Origin: Octopus vulgaris
Lineage: Eukaryota
NCBI GenBank assembly: GCA_951406725.2
Contig: OX597825.1
Span: forward strand, 19,158,001 to 19,222,000
Direction: 5' to 3'
Length of the DNA: 64,000 nt
Shown: one piece after another, positions 28,331-42,109 of the stretch
Layout: each line of letters starts with the position of its first letter
Numbering within the stretch: position 1 is the stretch's first letter
The notes under the pieces: model-generated
The model's database searches: none
What the model saw: only the letters and a program-made list of their open reading frames with translations
What the model was told of the DNA's origin: nothing
Made by a program: the position numbers and the translations under genes

Positions 28331-28623
28331 TTTTATCTACATATGTGCTTTTGTGTGTTTGTAGTCTTTAGGCTGTTGCAAACATAATCATACGATAATT
28401 ATTTCTCTTCCGAACCGGGTTATTAGGTTTGTTCATGATCAAAATACTTCATTTCACATGGATTATGTCCAAATTGGCGACAGAAAATGAGTAATTCATA
28501 TCCAGGAACGGGAGGCGGTATATTCACGACACGGAGTCCGGGAAAATGAACTTATGTGCATATAGCACAGGAAAAAACCTTTCAAATACACACACATACA
28601 TGTATACACAAAGACACACACAC

Positions 28624-28688
<65 letters not shown>

Positions 28689-28691
<3 letters not shown>

Positions 28692-28820
28692 TGACGCATA
28701 TTTGACATTTGAATATGGCTAATCCCTAAGGGTGGATGCTACTGTAGTTTGTAGCCCCAGGAAGATATCTCCTCCAGCTGGCTATAAACACACTATTCAA
28801 ATGGCAAATATGCGTCAGGA
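28689..28820. repeat. 27-bp inverted repeat element next to (TA)n
   Basis: tcgtgacgcatatttgacatttgaata / tattcaaatggcaaatatgcgtcagga, 2 mismatches. Confidence 0.8.
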
Positions 28821-28995
28821 TGTGTTACCGCTACTGTTTATAACTCGCTCTGAGATTTATCATTGTTATATATATATATTTAAATAATGAGGGCGATAAA
28901 TTGAATATTAATTTAATTAACATCAATTTAAAACCAGTAGCCTAGCATTTAGAAAAATCAGAAAATTCAGAAAAATTGTAATACATATTGTACGC

Positions 28996-29033
<38 letters not shown>

Positions 29034-29149
29034 CAACAATTGAGGGTAAAATTAATTAATTAATTATTAATCAATTTCACCAAGTGTTCAGTATGTAAAG
29101 GGACCATTTAAGGCGAATTCAAATTATTACATTATATAAAAGGGCTTAG

Positions 29150-29400
29150 TAAAATAAATTACTTTGCCACATACTGAACTCATTAGAAATAGTAGCTAAA
29201 AAAACTTTTTTTAAACTATTTCTAATACTTAAAGAAAATCTCTCTCATATAGTGTTTGCTCAATTCAACTCACGAAAGTATGGGGGTAAAGACATTAAAA
29301 AATCAAATGCAAAGGTTCTTTAAGTTTCTTTAAGTTTAAAAAAAGTTTTTTTAGCTACTATTTCTAATGAGTTCAGTATGTGGCAAAGTAATTTATTTTA
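29150..29400. repeat. Perfect 68-bp inverted repeat within a (TA)n-embedded element
   Basis: 29150-29217 is the reverse complement of 29333-29400. Confidence 0.9.
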
Positions 29401-29687
29401 ATAAAATATATTATATATATATATATATATATACATATATACACACATATTTTAACAAGTGGTTCTGAAGTGCCTGTTTCAATTACATCGTCTCACCGCA
29501 AGCATCCACTGTGAAACTGAAGAGATGAAATCTGTTCGGAAGGCAATCATGCAGATGCCTCTTTCATCTAAAGGCCCAGCTTTATCCCCCACTGTGTAAC
29601 ATTGTGAGCGCATGAATGTTACTCTTTTCTGTGAAACAGTCAAGCACCTCAATGCAAAGAAGGTCATATGCTCGATCATATACGTGC

Positions 29688-29742
<55 letters not shown>

Positions 29743-29747
<5 letters not shown>

Positions 29748-30300
29748 TTTATAGTGAGGGTTCTTGGAACTGTATATATCGGAACACATCTTTTAATCCC
29801 GTTCCAAGAACCCGCACCATAAATCACAACAGGGTAACCTGCAACAACAAAGGATATCTACATAGCAGCTACCGTCCCAATTACCTCAATCATTTTTAGA
29901 TCCAATACGCAAACACAGAACCGTGGAATTCTGTAGAAATTTACTACTGGCTGAGGAGCTATGCGACAAATGCAAGGAGGACGAATCGTTAGTCCGAAAT
30001 AGCAGTAACTACACCCCCTCAAAATGTAAGAACAAAAGTCTTGGTCATTTCTGTGAATACATCTCGAATTACCCATATCAAGTTATACACAAACAAAAAT
30101 ACAAGCCAAACTTTACCCCCCCCCCCAAATAACAGAATTGGGTGAGCAGAACAAATTAAAAGATGACAAAACAATAACAATCGAAGACGCTGATAAAAGG
30201 AGAGCAGTTGTCTTAATGGACACAGTATACTATATAACTCTAGTACTATATGTATCACATGACACAACAAAATGCCCAACACTACAGTCATCAAAAAATA
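29743..30300 (+). pseudogene. Penelope-like element ORF remnant with short 5' inversion
   Basis: EFCRNLLLAE...ESLVRNSSNYTP and KLKDDKTITIEDADKRRAVVLMDTVYY resemble the PLE pre-RT ADKG..VVIMD motif; 28-bp inverted repeat 29743-29770 / 29801-29828. Confidence 0.75.
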
Positions 30301-30319
30301 ATGAGAGACCTAAAATCCA

Positions 30320-30498
30320 CTTGAAAATCGATGGTGGTGTGTTTACGTCCCCGTAACTTAGCGGTTTGGCAAAAGTCAACGATAGAATAAGTACTAGGAT
30401 TACAAAAAATATGTCCTGGGGTCGACTTGCAAGACTAAAGGCGGTGCTCCAGCATGGCCACAGTCCAATGACTGAAACAAGTAAAAGAGTAAAAGAGT
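30320..30498 (+). mobile_element. SINE family B 3' half
   Basis: ggtgtgtttacgtccccgtaacttagcgg...gtaaaagagtaaaagag. Confidence 0.9.
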
Positions 30499-31381
30499 AT
30501 TAATTCATAAAATGATATAAGGCTAAAAATCACGTTAATAATTTTTATCAATTAGTCAGCATGCTATACAAATTTGTAGGCAATTAATGCATTACATTCA
30601 GTAAAAAGCAAAACAAGATTTACGTCGCCTTAGCTAAGAAATATCATATCCACTGGTTAAGCCTTTAGCTAAGACATATTATTTACTGTTTATCCCCCTT
30701 GAGCTATAATATCCTGTATCACCACAAAACTGGATCGTAACTGCGTCTACATAATATTAAATCAAAAACTTATGATTTCATAACATTGACTCATGATTAG
30801 TGATCCGAAACCAGTCGACTCTGTACATATTGTAATGGAGTAAATATTTTCTACGTACAAGAACAAGATTTCTGTGCTTTTTCACCTTAAATCTACGAAC
30901 TTTGATTCACGATGTTAAATAATTATCTGTATGTAAAACATTAGGCTTCGTGACTTTTTGTCTATACAATGTTCTCTTTCCTTTTCCTGCTTCCTTTTGC
31001 TTATATTGTATGCTCTTGTTTTGAACTCTGATGACGATCTGTTGCCTTAATTCGAATGCCTTATGAGGATGAAGAATTTTATTCTCGCATTTATACATAG
31101 ACTGTATGCAGGTATTTTGATCAGAAACAGCTGTTAGACTTGTACTGTCTTGCATTGTAGCAAGAATATTCATCGACAAATTCTTAGTAACCGGCGCCAG
31201 ATATAGACTGAAATTATTTTATTTCAGTCTGTATTTGGGTCTGCAGAAGACTTGCAGGGTCTAGGATTAAGGTAATTTTTTTTATTTTCCAATCACTTTC
31301 GGAATTACAACAATTGGTGGCTTGGAGGTTTTGACTGCTCTTTCTAGCGAGTCAGATATCCTATTCTTCGGGTATCTCTTT

Positions 31382-31459
<78 letters not shown>

Positions 31460-32189
31460 TAAACTGAAGGATTACTCATTACGACATCTGGAGAGCAAAA
31501 CATTTATATTTATTATATTTTTTAGCAGAAAATGGTGACAATGATTTTGAAGTTGCAACCTGCCGTAATTCATCAAACAATTTATTTATGTCTATAGATA
31601 TTAATATAAAGCTACCAGATAAACGAGATAGATTGAGCGCTAGATAAACAATTCATTCGTGACCATAATTAGAGAGAATCAACCGCTGTGTGACCTAGTA
31701 ATATGTGATCCACCAACAGAATTTCCTAGATGTCCGCATGTCACAGAACACTTTAGTTTGGGTATTTGCTAAATATATCAGAATCTGTAAAAGTTAGTCA
31801 TTCCTATAGAAACAAATTTCATATATATTAATAGATTCAAATATGAATGTTTGCATTTATTCAAAGATTTTACATTAGTTATTTTTTGAAATTTAATATT
31901 TAGGATATATTTTTTGCGTTCTGCTTTTCCTTCCTCCATTAGATAATTTAAACGTTGTGGGTGGAGGGAATTGAAAGAAACAACAGAACACTAATTCTGT
32001 TAAAAATACATAACGACTGTCAAAGAATGTATCTTTTCTCCTTATTTATTATTTTGTAGGTAATTTTATTGAATACTATAATGATTACCACTTATACGGC
32101 ATTATCAATAACGATTCAATATCTCACCAAAAACTTTGAAAACTGAGATGAGAGGAGGAAAATTGCTTGCACGCTGTTGTAAAGAAACA

Positions 32190-32208
32190 TATATGCATGT
32201 ATGTGGTA

Positions 32209-32250
<42 letters not shown>

Positions 32251-32483
32251 TAGAGAGAGAGAGATATATATATATATACATATATATATATACATACATA
32301 CATGCATATATAAGTATATATATACACACACATATATGTATATACATTCTGATGCATTTGAACACGCTCGCATACAAATATTCGTGTGAATAAATGTACA
32401 CATATGTAGTCAATTATTGTCCACATATATACACTTATATGCTTACAGACACCCACTCATATACATACATGTGTAAGTATTTT

Positions 32484-32522
<39 letters not shown>

Positions 32523-32658
32523 TATATATATGTATATTATATATATATGGATATATATGTATGTAGATACAATCACAAAGGTGTAATAATATATATATAT
32601 ATATAGATATATGATATATATATAAATTATATATATTATATATAAGAATCAATGCACA

Positions 32659-32698
<40 letters not shown>

Positions 32699-32719
32699 AA
32701 CACAGATGCGTAATGAATG

Positions 32720-32756
<37 letters not shown>

Positions 32757-32770
32757 TACACATATATATT

Positions 32771-32826
<56 letters not shown>

Positions 32827-32990
32827 CATATATATATAATATATATATATATATACATATATACATATATATATATATTGCGTATATACGTGCCTCTATA
32901 CTTGAGAGTCTGTGTGTGTGTATGTGTGTGTATGTGTGTGTATGTGTCTTTGTGTGAGTCTCTGTGCGTGTCTGTGACTCTGTGTGTGTG
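32190..32990. repeat. Low-complexity (TA)n/(CA)n/(TG)n field
   Basis: Direct observation. Confidence 0.9.
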
Positions 32991-33354
32991 TAAGGTTTCC
33001 TACAAAGAGAACCGACAGATAAAAACATAAAAACGGTTTTAAGGAAACGAGTTTGCGCTTATTTAATTATTTGTCAGACTAGCGATATAAAAGTACAGCT
33101 GTCAATTGTAGAAGGTGTAATTTAATTTATATTTTTATAATGCATACTGGCAAGACGTTCTTTTGCGTCAATCGGTAATCTCTTTTAACAGATAATCTGC
33201 TTTCCGGAGAAAAATACGGAGCCAAAAGTCTGACATTACGGTAATTTTTCATCGAAGTATTATATAGGCAAAAGACCAAAAAAATATAAGAAAACGTAAA
33301 AAAATATAACGGAATGAATGCAACGCAAACGTTAACCACAGACTTAGCAATATG

Positions 33355-33390
33355 AATACATACATACATATATACATAGACACACACATG

Positions 33391-33424
<34 letters not shown>

Positions 33425-33668
33425 CATACATATATACATACATACATTCATATATACGTACATACGTACATATATATATATTTATGTGTGCGACTGTGTG
33501 AGCGTGTGCATGTGAGTCTGCAATTGTTTGTGTATGAGTATATATGTGCATATATGTGTGTGTATGTGTATGCATATATACACATATATAAATATGTATA
33601 TACGCGTATGTATAGACGTACATACACATACTTTCATATGCAATTACATATCCACATATACATGTATG

Positions 33669-33755
<87 letters not shown>

Positions 33756-34188
33756 TTATGTATGTGTGTATATATATGTATGTATGTATGTAAGTATGTA
33801 TGTATATATGTACAGATCTATGTATACGCATATTCAAAAAACAATAAATAGAAATGCAAGCGGTGATGCCTAAAATACCTACCGTTCATTTTCCTGCAAA
33901 AATATATAACAAACATCTTGGCAAAATTGCCTTGCATGTAATTCGTATAAACCGAATTTATTTTGTAAGTAATTCAGTAAATGTCATATATTGAGCATCT
34001 ACTTTAAATCACATTATGCAATGATATAAAACTTATGAGTCGTAGAGCAATTCAATTAGACATATTCGCTGTCATTTACTCGAAATGACTGTTTCTTACT
34101 TCGTACAGATTTCTCTTTTAATATTTCTATTAATTATTAGTACGCTTGTGGTGTAGAGAAATCGATATGACGCCTCTCTCTATATATG

Positions 34189-34222
<34 letters not shown>

Positions 34223-34322
34223 TGTATGTATGTATGTATGTATGTATGTATGTATGCATGTATGTATGTATGTATATATATGTATGTATGAAATATAGAT
34301 ACGCATATATATATACGTACAC

Positions 34323-34374
<52 letters not shown>

Positions 34375-34604
34375 ATGCTTATATGCGTGTGTATATATAG
34401 ATACATATATATATATATATACACATATGCACATATATATGGATATATATATTTATATGTATGTGTGTATGTATATGTGTGTGTGACTGCAAACGTTTTT
34501 GATACCTATCTAGCCATCTATCTGACTGTCTATTCATATATATGTATAGATACACGCATACATATATACATACACACACTCATGGATACGTGTATATGTG
34601 TCTG

Positions 34605-34670
<66 letters not shown>

Positions 34671-34722
34671 TATACCTATATGCGTGTGTTTCTGTGCATG
34701 TGTATACGTGTTTTTGTATGTG

Positions 34723-34762
<40 letters not shown>
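33355..34762. repeat. Two compound (TA)n/(TATG)n fields separated by ~330 bp of unique DNA
   Basis: Direct observation. Confidence 0.85.
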
Positions 34763-34765
<3 letters not shown>

Positions 34766-34984
34766 GGTGCGGTGTGTATAAGTGCATCTCTGTGTAGATA
34801 TCTTCTGTCAAAACCCAAAGTACGCAACACATCTCACCGTTAACTATGAGGAAAACAAAATTGCTGTAACTATGTTGGTAAATTTTACTATTTCTTAGTC
34901 ACAAAATATGATGTGCAGTTGACACTGTTTAACATGTAAAATTTATGTCCTGTACGAACGATAGTATTATTAGAACCCGGAACA

Positions 34985-35785
34985 ATATACTCATGATTTC
35001 ATAGAAATGTCGTTACCTTTAGCTTTAGTCGTTAGTACAAGGGAGGTAATAATGTCATTACTGCACATGGCGGGATTGAATTTGAAATTAATGTATACAA
35101 GGAAAAAATATGCAAAATATAAATTTCAGAAATTTAAGTTTTGTTATTTTTTTTATTCATTTTATTTCTCTGGGATTAATAAATGAAGAAATGATCTATT
35201 AATTTATACGGTTACAACTTATCTTGCCTCCTCGAAAATGTGTATTCGTATAAATTATATGGGAAATTTCTCGATATATTTATACAAGCGAAAAATAAAT
35301 TTACAGTTATGACAATATTTTGTTTATTGACAAAAAGTAATGAAAACATATATATGGTTATGGAAAATCGCAATTGCGTGAAGGCTGAGAATATGCGTTA
35401 ATAAAAGTTCCTTTCTTTAACATCCAAATAAACCTAAACTATATATATAGCATATAAAGAAAGAATAGTGAGAACACTTCCTCCAACTACTTCACCATCA
35501 GCTACAATGTCTCTACTTAAATAGAAAACCCGTGTCTGGTCATTGTACTTGATAGGAATATCGCAACCCTGAATTCTTACCTTGCTTTCATAAAATTCAT
35601 TTTAAATTTTCTTATTCTTCTTAGAACTCATTTCTCCTCCTTGAATTTGGATTTCATCATGTTGCTCAACCGTATACGAACTTATATTTTATCCTAGACA
35701 GAGTGTCGACTACGCCAATGATCTTCAAGTGACTGAAAATATTTTGAATTTTTCACTTCTTATTTAGCATGGGAACAAACAATAT

Positions 35786-35867
<82 letters not shown>

Positions 35868-35899
35868 ATATTGGTTGTTCCCATGCTAAATAAGAAGTG

Positions 35900-35935
<36 letters not shown>

Positions 35936-35938
35936 TAT

Positions 35939-35984
<46 letters not shown>

Positions 35985-36353
35985 GTGTGTATATGCTTGG
36001 TTTGTGTAATTTTATAAAATTACATTGGAAGTTGTAAACAAGCGCTCAAATCTTCTCAACTAGATTCATATGCCTGTCAGATTTTGAGTGGATTTCACAA
36101 ATCTGTCAAGTGACAAATTTCAGAACATTTGTAATATAGATCATGAAACTTTACAAACTATAAATCAACATCGAAATTTTAGACAGACATAAGATTAATA
36201 GAAGAACAATACATTATTTCATACAAATGTCGTTGTCTTTAGAGTTGGTCGTTAATACAAGGGAGATAAAAATGCCATCACAATACAAGGTAGGATTTGA
36301 TGGAAAAAATATACAAAAACATAAATTTCAGAAATTTAAGTTTTATTTTTTTT
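34985..36353 (+). repeat. Local diverged direct duplication (~170 bp; 34985-35155 and 36205-36353)
   Basis: Shared aaatgtcgtt..gtcgtta.tacaaggga..aaatttcagaaatttaagtttt. Confidence 0.8.
35750..35903. repeat. (TA)n-centred palindrome with 39-bp arms
   Basis: tttcacttcttatttagcatgggaacaaacaatatctt / aagatattggttgttcccatgctaaataagaagtgaaa, 1 mismatch. Confidence 0.92.
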
Positions 36354-36946
36354 ATCTAAGAAAATTTTCTTAGAATATCTAGTTGCCTGTAATCATGAAG
36401 AGCAATATTTCACTCTTTTTAGAAATCATTAATGTAATTTCACCTGTGACTTGTTAATTAGATATATAACGAAGAGACACTCTGCATTAAATTAATGATA
36501 AATTACGTATTTTGCGTAATTACTTGTGTGAACAGATTACAAATTTGAGAGGGATATGAAAATGTCCCAACATTTGTCTTTTTTAGTGCCATGTAAACCA
36601 TGATCATTTTAACCATGATGGTCATCTCATAATTTTACGTTCGCCTAGAACTATGTTTTTCATTATTTTTTCCTCCACATTAAAATACTAGTATAAAAGA
36701 TGATAATATGTTGTCCTTATACAACCAGTAGGTCAATCAGCCATGCAGAAATACTTTTATAAATGTGGTGTAGTCAAGGATGAAGTGTTAACGAAAACGA
36801 TTAGTTTATAAATCGAATATATCGGAGTCGATAAATTAGGTACCAATGAAGTACTGGGCTCAATGTACTCGACTAATCCCCTCGTCACAAATTTAAAGAT
36901 TTTGCGCCTTCAATAGAAAGGATCATTATTACAATTATTATTATTC

Positions 36947-37104
36947 TCTTCTTCTTCTTCTTCTTCTTCTTCTTCTTCTTCTTCTTCTTCTTCTTCTTCT
37001 TCTTCTTCTTCTTCTTCTCCTTCTTCTTCCCATCCTCCTCCTCCTTCTTCTTCTTCTTCTTCTCCTCCTCCCCTTCTTCTTCTTCTTCTTCTTCTTCTTC
37101 TTCT
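36947..37104. repeat. (CTT)n microsatellite
   Basis: Direct observation. Confidence 0.95.
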
Positions 37105-37140
37105 CATATTATCGTCATTATTACCATTATTATTATTATT

Positions 37141-37694
37141 GAGTGAGAGAGCAGTTCATGCCATCAAAGTGACACTGGGGTAAAATATACAAAGCCCAAT
37201 ATACCCATCATGACTACCCGTCTGATAAGGGTACACCAGGCACATGCATCACAACCATATGTGCGCGACATGGTGATCTCATATCAAGATAAACAGCACA
37301 TGACCTTGCAGGTGGGGCCCAGTTAGAATTTTCTTCAGGTTGAGTAGCCCATCCCGCTCAAACGGTCCCTGAATAAGGGTTGTTTAAGGATGTTGAAAGA
37401 ACCACCCATGTTTCCAGAGGTGAACTATTCAAACCCCAAAGAATCCCTCTCAACACATGGCTATGATGCTCCCCCACTACTTCTGCTCGTGATCAGAGAT
37501 GCACATGTCGTCAGCCACTAAGGGACATGCTCAACTTGTTAAGGTCAAACAACTGACAAGCAAATCTGTGGTATTGAGCAGAATATTTGCTGTAGCCCAT
37601 CTTTTATACCAAGACAAAACAATGTACATGATAACACTTCCAATCAGTTAAGATCAGAAGCCATAAGAGCCACTGCCTGGTACTGCATCAGGGC
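37141..37694. mobile_element. Non-coding ~550-bp insertion in (TTA)n with TSD
   Basis: accattattattattatt duplicated at 37123-37140 and 37695-37712; interior is more GC-rich than its flanks and lacks a long ORF. Confidence 0.65.
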
Positions 37695-37696
37695 AC

Positions 37697-37798
<102 letters not shown>

Positions 37799-37836
37799 TA
37801 TCATTATTATCATTATTATTATTATTATTATTATTC

Positions 37837-38346
37837 AGTAGTTTTATTTTTATTTTTATAGCGTGCTTTCACTTCACTACCGAGCGCAGCTCTGTGTGCC
37901 TTGGGTATGTGCTGTGATTTGTTGTGATGCTCTGATGGTTATTGTATGGAAAGTGTTCTGCGTAGGATGTGGGCAGTGCCTAGTAGTGCAATTTTCTGTA
38001 TGTTATATGTGTTTGTAAGTCCTGGTGTTTTTGTTATGTATTTGTCTGAATATTTTTTTTATCATGCCTAATGCACCTACTATGATAGGAATTGTTTCTG
38101 TTTTCAGATTCCACATTCTAGTTACCTCTATTTCCAGGTCTTTGTATTTTGAGAGTTTCTCCATTTCTTTTAGAGACACGTTGTCATCTGCCGGTATTGA
38201 TACATCAATTAAAAAGCATTTTTTTTCTTCATGATCTCTGACAACTATATCTGGTCTGTTGGCCTTAATTTCTCTATCTGTGTGTATCGGCATATCCCAG
38301 AGTATGGTTGCTTTCTCGTTTTCTGTGACCTTTTCTGGTGTGTGCC
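37837..38346 (-). mobile_element. 5'-truncated R4/Dong-like non-LTR retrotransposon (RLE domain plus 3' UTR)
   Basis: KATILWDMPIHTDREIKANRPDIVV...LIDVSIP...KLSKYKDL...IPIIVGALG is a PD-(D/E)xK restriction-like endonuclease; flanked on both sides by (TAA)n. Confidence 0.9.
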
Positions 38347-38406
<60 letters not shown>

Positions 38407-38420
38407 CATTATTATTATTA

Positions 38421-38451
<31 letters not shown>

Positions 38452-38454
38452 CAT

Positions 38455-39570
38455 CAAGTCTTCTAGCTTCAATTACTAAGTCAGTCTCAAAGTTAAAGGC
38501 CCACAACACCTTGTATTTCTTACTTTGTAGTACTTTACTTGGTTTACGTTCACATCATTTCTCAGTGTGTTCAAATCCTAGCTTTGTACATAATATCTAG
38601 GGGATTATTTTCCCTTGGTTGTCATGTCTTTTCTTGTATTCTTTTTGCCTCTGCATGCTACATTCATTTACTATGTATGCAACGCTTACCTCTTTTGACT
38701 TGCATAACCTACATATGGAATCGTCTTGTTTTTGTTTATCTTTGCTTTTCTTAAATTAGTCCATAGTGCTTGATTTTCTGCAGCTACAAATAAACTTTCT
38801 GTCTCCTTTTTCAGTTTTCCTTTCTACAGCTATAACCATGTTGCACTTCTACTATTTTCTGCAACTATCTTTGGGAATCTACCATGCAATGCCTTCTCTT
38901 GTCAGTCAGATAATTTTTGTTCTTTTTTTATGGTTCTTAACTTCATTTGTGTCTTTGGTTAATCTATGTCTTGCTGTGACTCAAGCAGCTTTTAATAAAG
39001 TTTCTTCATTATTAACTACATAGGAGTATATATCTAATCTAGCTTACTCCACACCTTCATTTCTAGTTAAGTATTATCTTGCTACTCTTGCTCTTGTCCT
39101 CTATTCATATTGAATTCCTTCCTAGTTCTTCAGTCTAGCTTAGCTGGATCCATATTTGTGCAACCTACAAAAGCTACTGTGTATCTAAGTAAAGATACTG
39201 CCCGAGCACTTACAGCCGTCACTAGATTCGGGCCATTTAGCTTTGATTTCATTAGCTTCCTCACCTTTCTAATGTACACCTTCTCAATTTTCGTTTCATT
39301 TCTATAGGTAGTATTCTCTCAGATGGTAATATTCCTAGATACTTAAAACTCATTCCTCCTTTCAATTATTTTAATGTATGGCCAGCTTGGAAATGGATGC
39401 CTTCACTGTTGACTACCTGTTCCCTTCTCATTACTAATATTGCACACTTATGTATGCAAAATTCCAAGCCTATATTTGCTGAAGAGTCTTACTGTCTGTA
39501 TAAAGAAATCTATCTCTTTTTCATTCTTACTAAAAAGCCTCAGAGCAACCATGTAGAGCAAATGGTTAAT
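38455..39570 (-). pseudogene. Older R4/Dong-like element remnant (RT C-terminus to start of RLE)
   Basis: IGLEFCIHKCAILVMRR, FKYLGIL, KSKLNGPNLVTAV, KVLWAFNFETDLVIEARRLD. Confidence 0.8.
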
Positions 39571-39708
39571 TTTTTCCCTTACTATTTCTGAACTGATGCC
39601 CTGCATTTACCTTCCTTAACACTAATCTGAGGGGAGTAAACAAAAGACAAATATTAATGGGGACAACATAACCTCTAGAAAATTCTTCTTTTGCTATCAA
39701 ATTTCCCT

Positions 39709-40110
39709 AGGAGTGGCTGTGTGGTAAGTAGCTTGTTTACCAACCACATGGTTTCGGGTTCAGTCCCACTGCTTGGCACCTTGGACAAGTGTCTTCTACT
39801 ATACCCACGGGCCGACCAAAGCCTTGTGAGTGGATTTGGTAGACGGAAACTGAAAAGAAGCCCGTCGTATATATGTATATATATATATCTAAGCATGTGT
39901 GTGCTTGTGTGTCTGTGTTTGTCCCCCCCCCCTCGCATTGCTTGACAACCGATGCTGGTGTGTCCCCGTTACTTAGCGGTTCGGCAAAATAGACCGATAG
40001 AATAAGTACCGGGCTTACAAAAGAATAAGTCCCGGGGTCGAGTTGCTCGATTAAAGGCGGTGCTCCAGCATGGCTGCAGTCAAATGACTGAAACAAGTAA
40101 AAGAGTAAAG
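39709..40110 (+). mobile_element. SINE family B, near full length
   Basis: Matches the 51422 copy. Confidence 0.92.
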
Positions 40111-40240
40111 GAGTAAGTGTATGTGACCTGAGTAGAGAACTACTTTCCATTTTCTCCTGCTAAAGCTAATTCTCTTATGCTGTGTGCTCCACTGAATATA
40201 CTCAAAAAGCCACTTATCCATGAGTGTTTGATTATGTCAC

Positions 40241-40292
<52 letters not shown>

Positions 40293-40397
40293 GTTATTAT
40301 TTCTATTATCATTGTTGTTGTTGTTGTTGTTTGTGGTGGTGGTGGTAGTGTTATTGTTGTCGTTGCTGTTGCTGTTGTTGTTGTTGTTGTTGTTGTT
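40241..40397. repeat. (TTA)n/(TTG)n microsatellite
   Basis: Direct observation. Confidence 0.95.
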
Positions 40398-40620
40398 AAG
40401 GCACTGCGCTGGCAGAATGGTTAGCACGCCGGGCAAAACCCTTCGAGGCATTTCGTCCGTCGTTGCGTCCAAATTTAAATTCTGCCGAGGTCGACTTTGC
40501 CTTTCATCTTTTTGGAGTCAATAAATTAAGCGCCTGTTGAGCATCGGCGTTGATATCATCGAGTAGCATCCTCGCCACAAATCTCTCACCTTGGGCCTAT
40601 AGCAGAAAGGCCTAATTGTA
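40398..40620 (+). mobile_element. SINE family C, diverged
   Basis: gctggcagaatggttagcacgccggg...gccgaggtcgactttgcctttcatc. Confidence 0.8.
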
Positions 40621-40629
40621 TCATTAACG

Positions 40630-40634
40630 GCAGC

Positions 40635-40702
<68 letters not shown>

Positions 40703-40856
40703 CAGTAGTAGTAGTAGTAGCAGTAGTTGTAGTAGTAGTAGTAGTAGTAGTAATAGTAGTAGTAATAGTAGTAGTAATACTAAAAGCAGTAGTAGTAGTA
40801 AAAGCAGTAGTAGTAGTAATAATAGTAGTAGTAGTAGTTGTAGAAGCAGCAACAGC

Positions 40857-40914
<58 letters not shown>

Positions 40915-40937
40915 AAAGTGGTAGCAGCAGCAGCAAC

Positions 40938-41002
<65 letters not shown>

Positions 41003-41025
41003 CTGCAGCAGCAACATCAGCATCA
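40630..41025. repeat. ~390-bp (TAG)n array with (CAG) interruptions
   Basis: Direct observation. Confidence 0.95.
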
Positions 41026-42109
41026 CGATGGAGTGATTCTATGGCAGAAATGTTGGATTTAGTGCGGTACGATTTAATGTGTTGAGACTGGTTCCGCGAA
41101 CGAGGGATATTTCATTGCATTTTCAGTTTACGCTAACAATTGATACATTACTTCAGCACAATAATAGCATAATAATACCGATATACGATTATACTAACAT
41201 TAAATAATGATATATAAAAGCCTGCGATAATACAAGTCCATCAATAATTATAGACGATGAGATATAATAAGATATAATAACATGATATTGAGCTTAATAT
41301 TATTCTATATTATGTATATGGTGTTATAGCTAAATATTAGAGCAATTAAGCTTTATGTTGGATGTTTTCATACTGTTTCATAATGGGAATACGTATTAAC
41401 GGCAATATCAAGGAATGAAAGCAAAGTTAATGTATTTTTTACACATGTGGTCAGATTTTGAAAGCTAAATCGTTAATCGTTGCAGACATTTACTTATATC
41501 TTAAAGAAGTGTAGATGCTAAAAAACTGTGCAAACATATCTTGATATTTACATTTGGTTGTTGTAATTTTTGCTGGAACTTATAGATAAGCCATGATATT
41601 TGATGTTGCATAGATATGGTTTATGTACTTAATATCTATAGAATACTATAAAATGAGTACTTTGGAAAAATCACAAACCCTAAATTCGTTTCAGCCATAT
41701 TAAGTTTTGGCAAACAGTGCTTCGATTACTTTGCCGCAGTAATTCCTGCGAGACCAAATCAGATATGAAAACAAACACTTAATTATTCAAAGGCAACGAT
41801 GTCAATGGTTTCTGAAGGTTTTAATTCTGAATTGAAGAATTTTAGTACTCATCGCTCTTATTAACATTAATATTTCCTATTATGTGTTTTGCATTGACCG
41901 AATATTTAGCGCACACAATGCTTTGCGCAATTTCTTCCGATTCTTTACGTTGTGTGTTCCAATACCATCGAAGATAATTATGTCTATTATCTTTTTGCAG
42001 TCGATAATGTTAAGTGCCAGTCATGTACGGAGCTCACTGGTATCGACAAACCTATGCCTCTCAGAATTGCTGGCCTTGTATCAACCAAAATTTAACGGCA
42101 TTTTTATGA

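Noticed and set aside
30907-31206. 90-100 aa minus-strand ORF
   Set aside because: No recognisable motif; cannot be distinguished from chance without homology data
40586-41026. 146-aa poly-Leu ORF (and poly-T/N/E ORFs elsewhere)
   Set aside because: Trinucleotide arrays with no domain content
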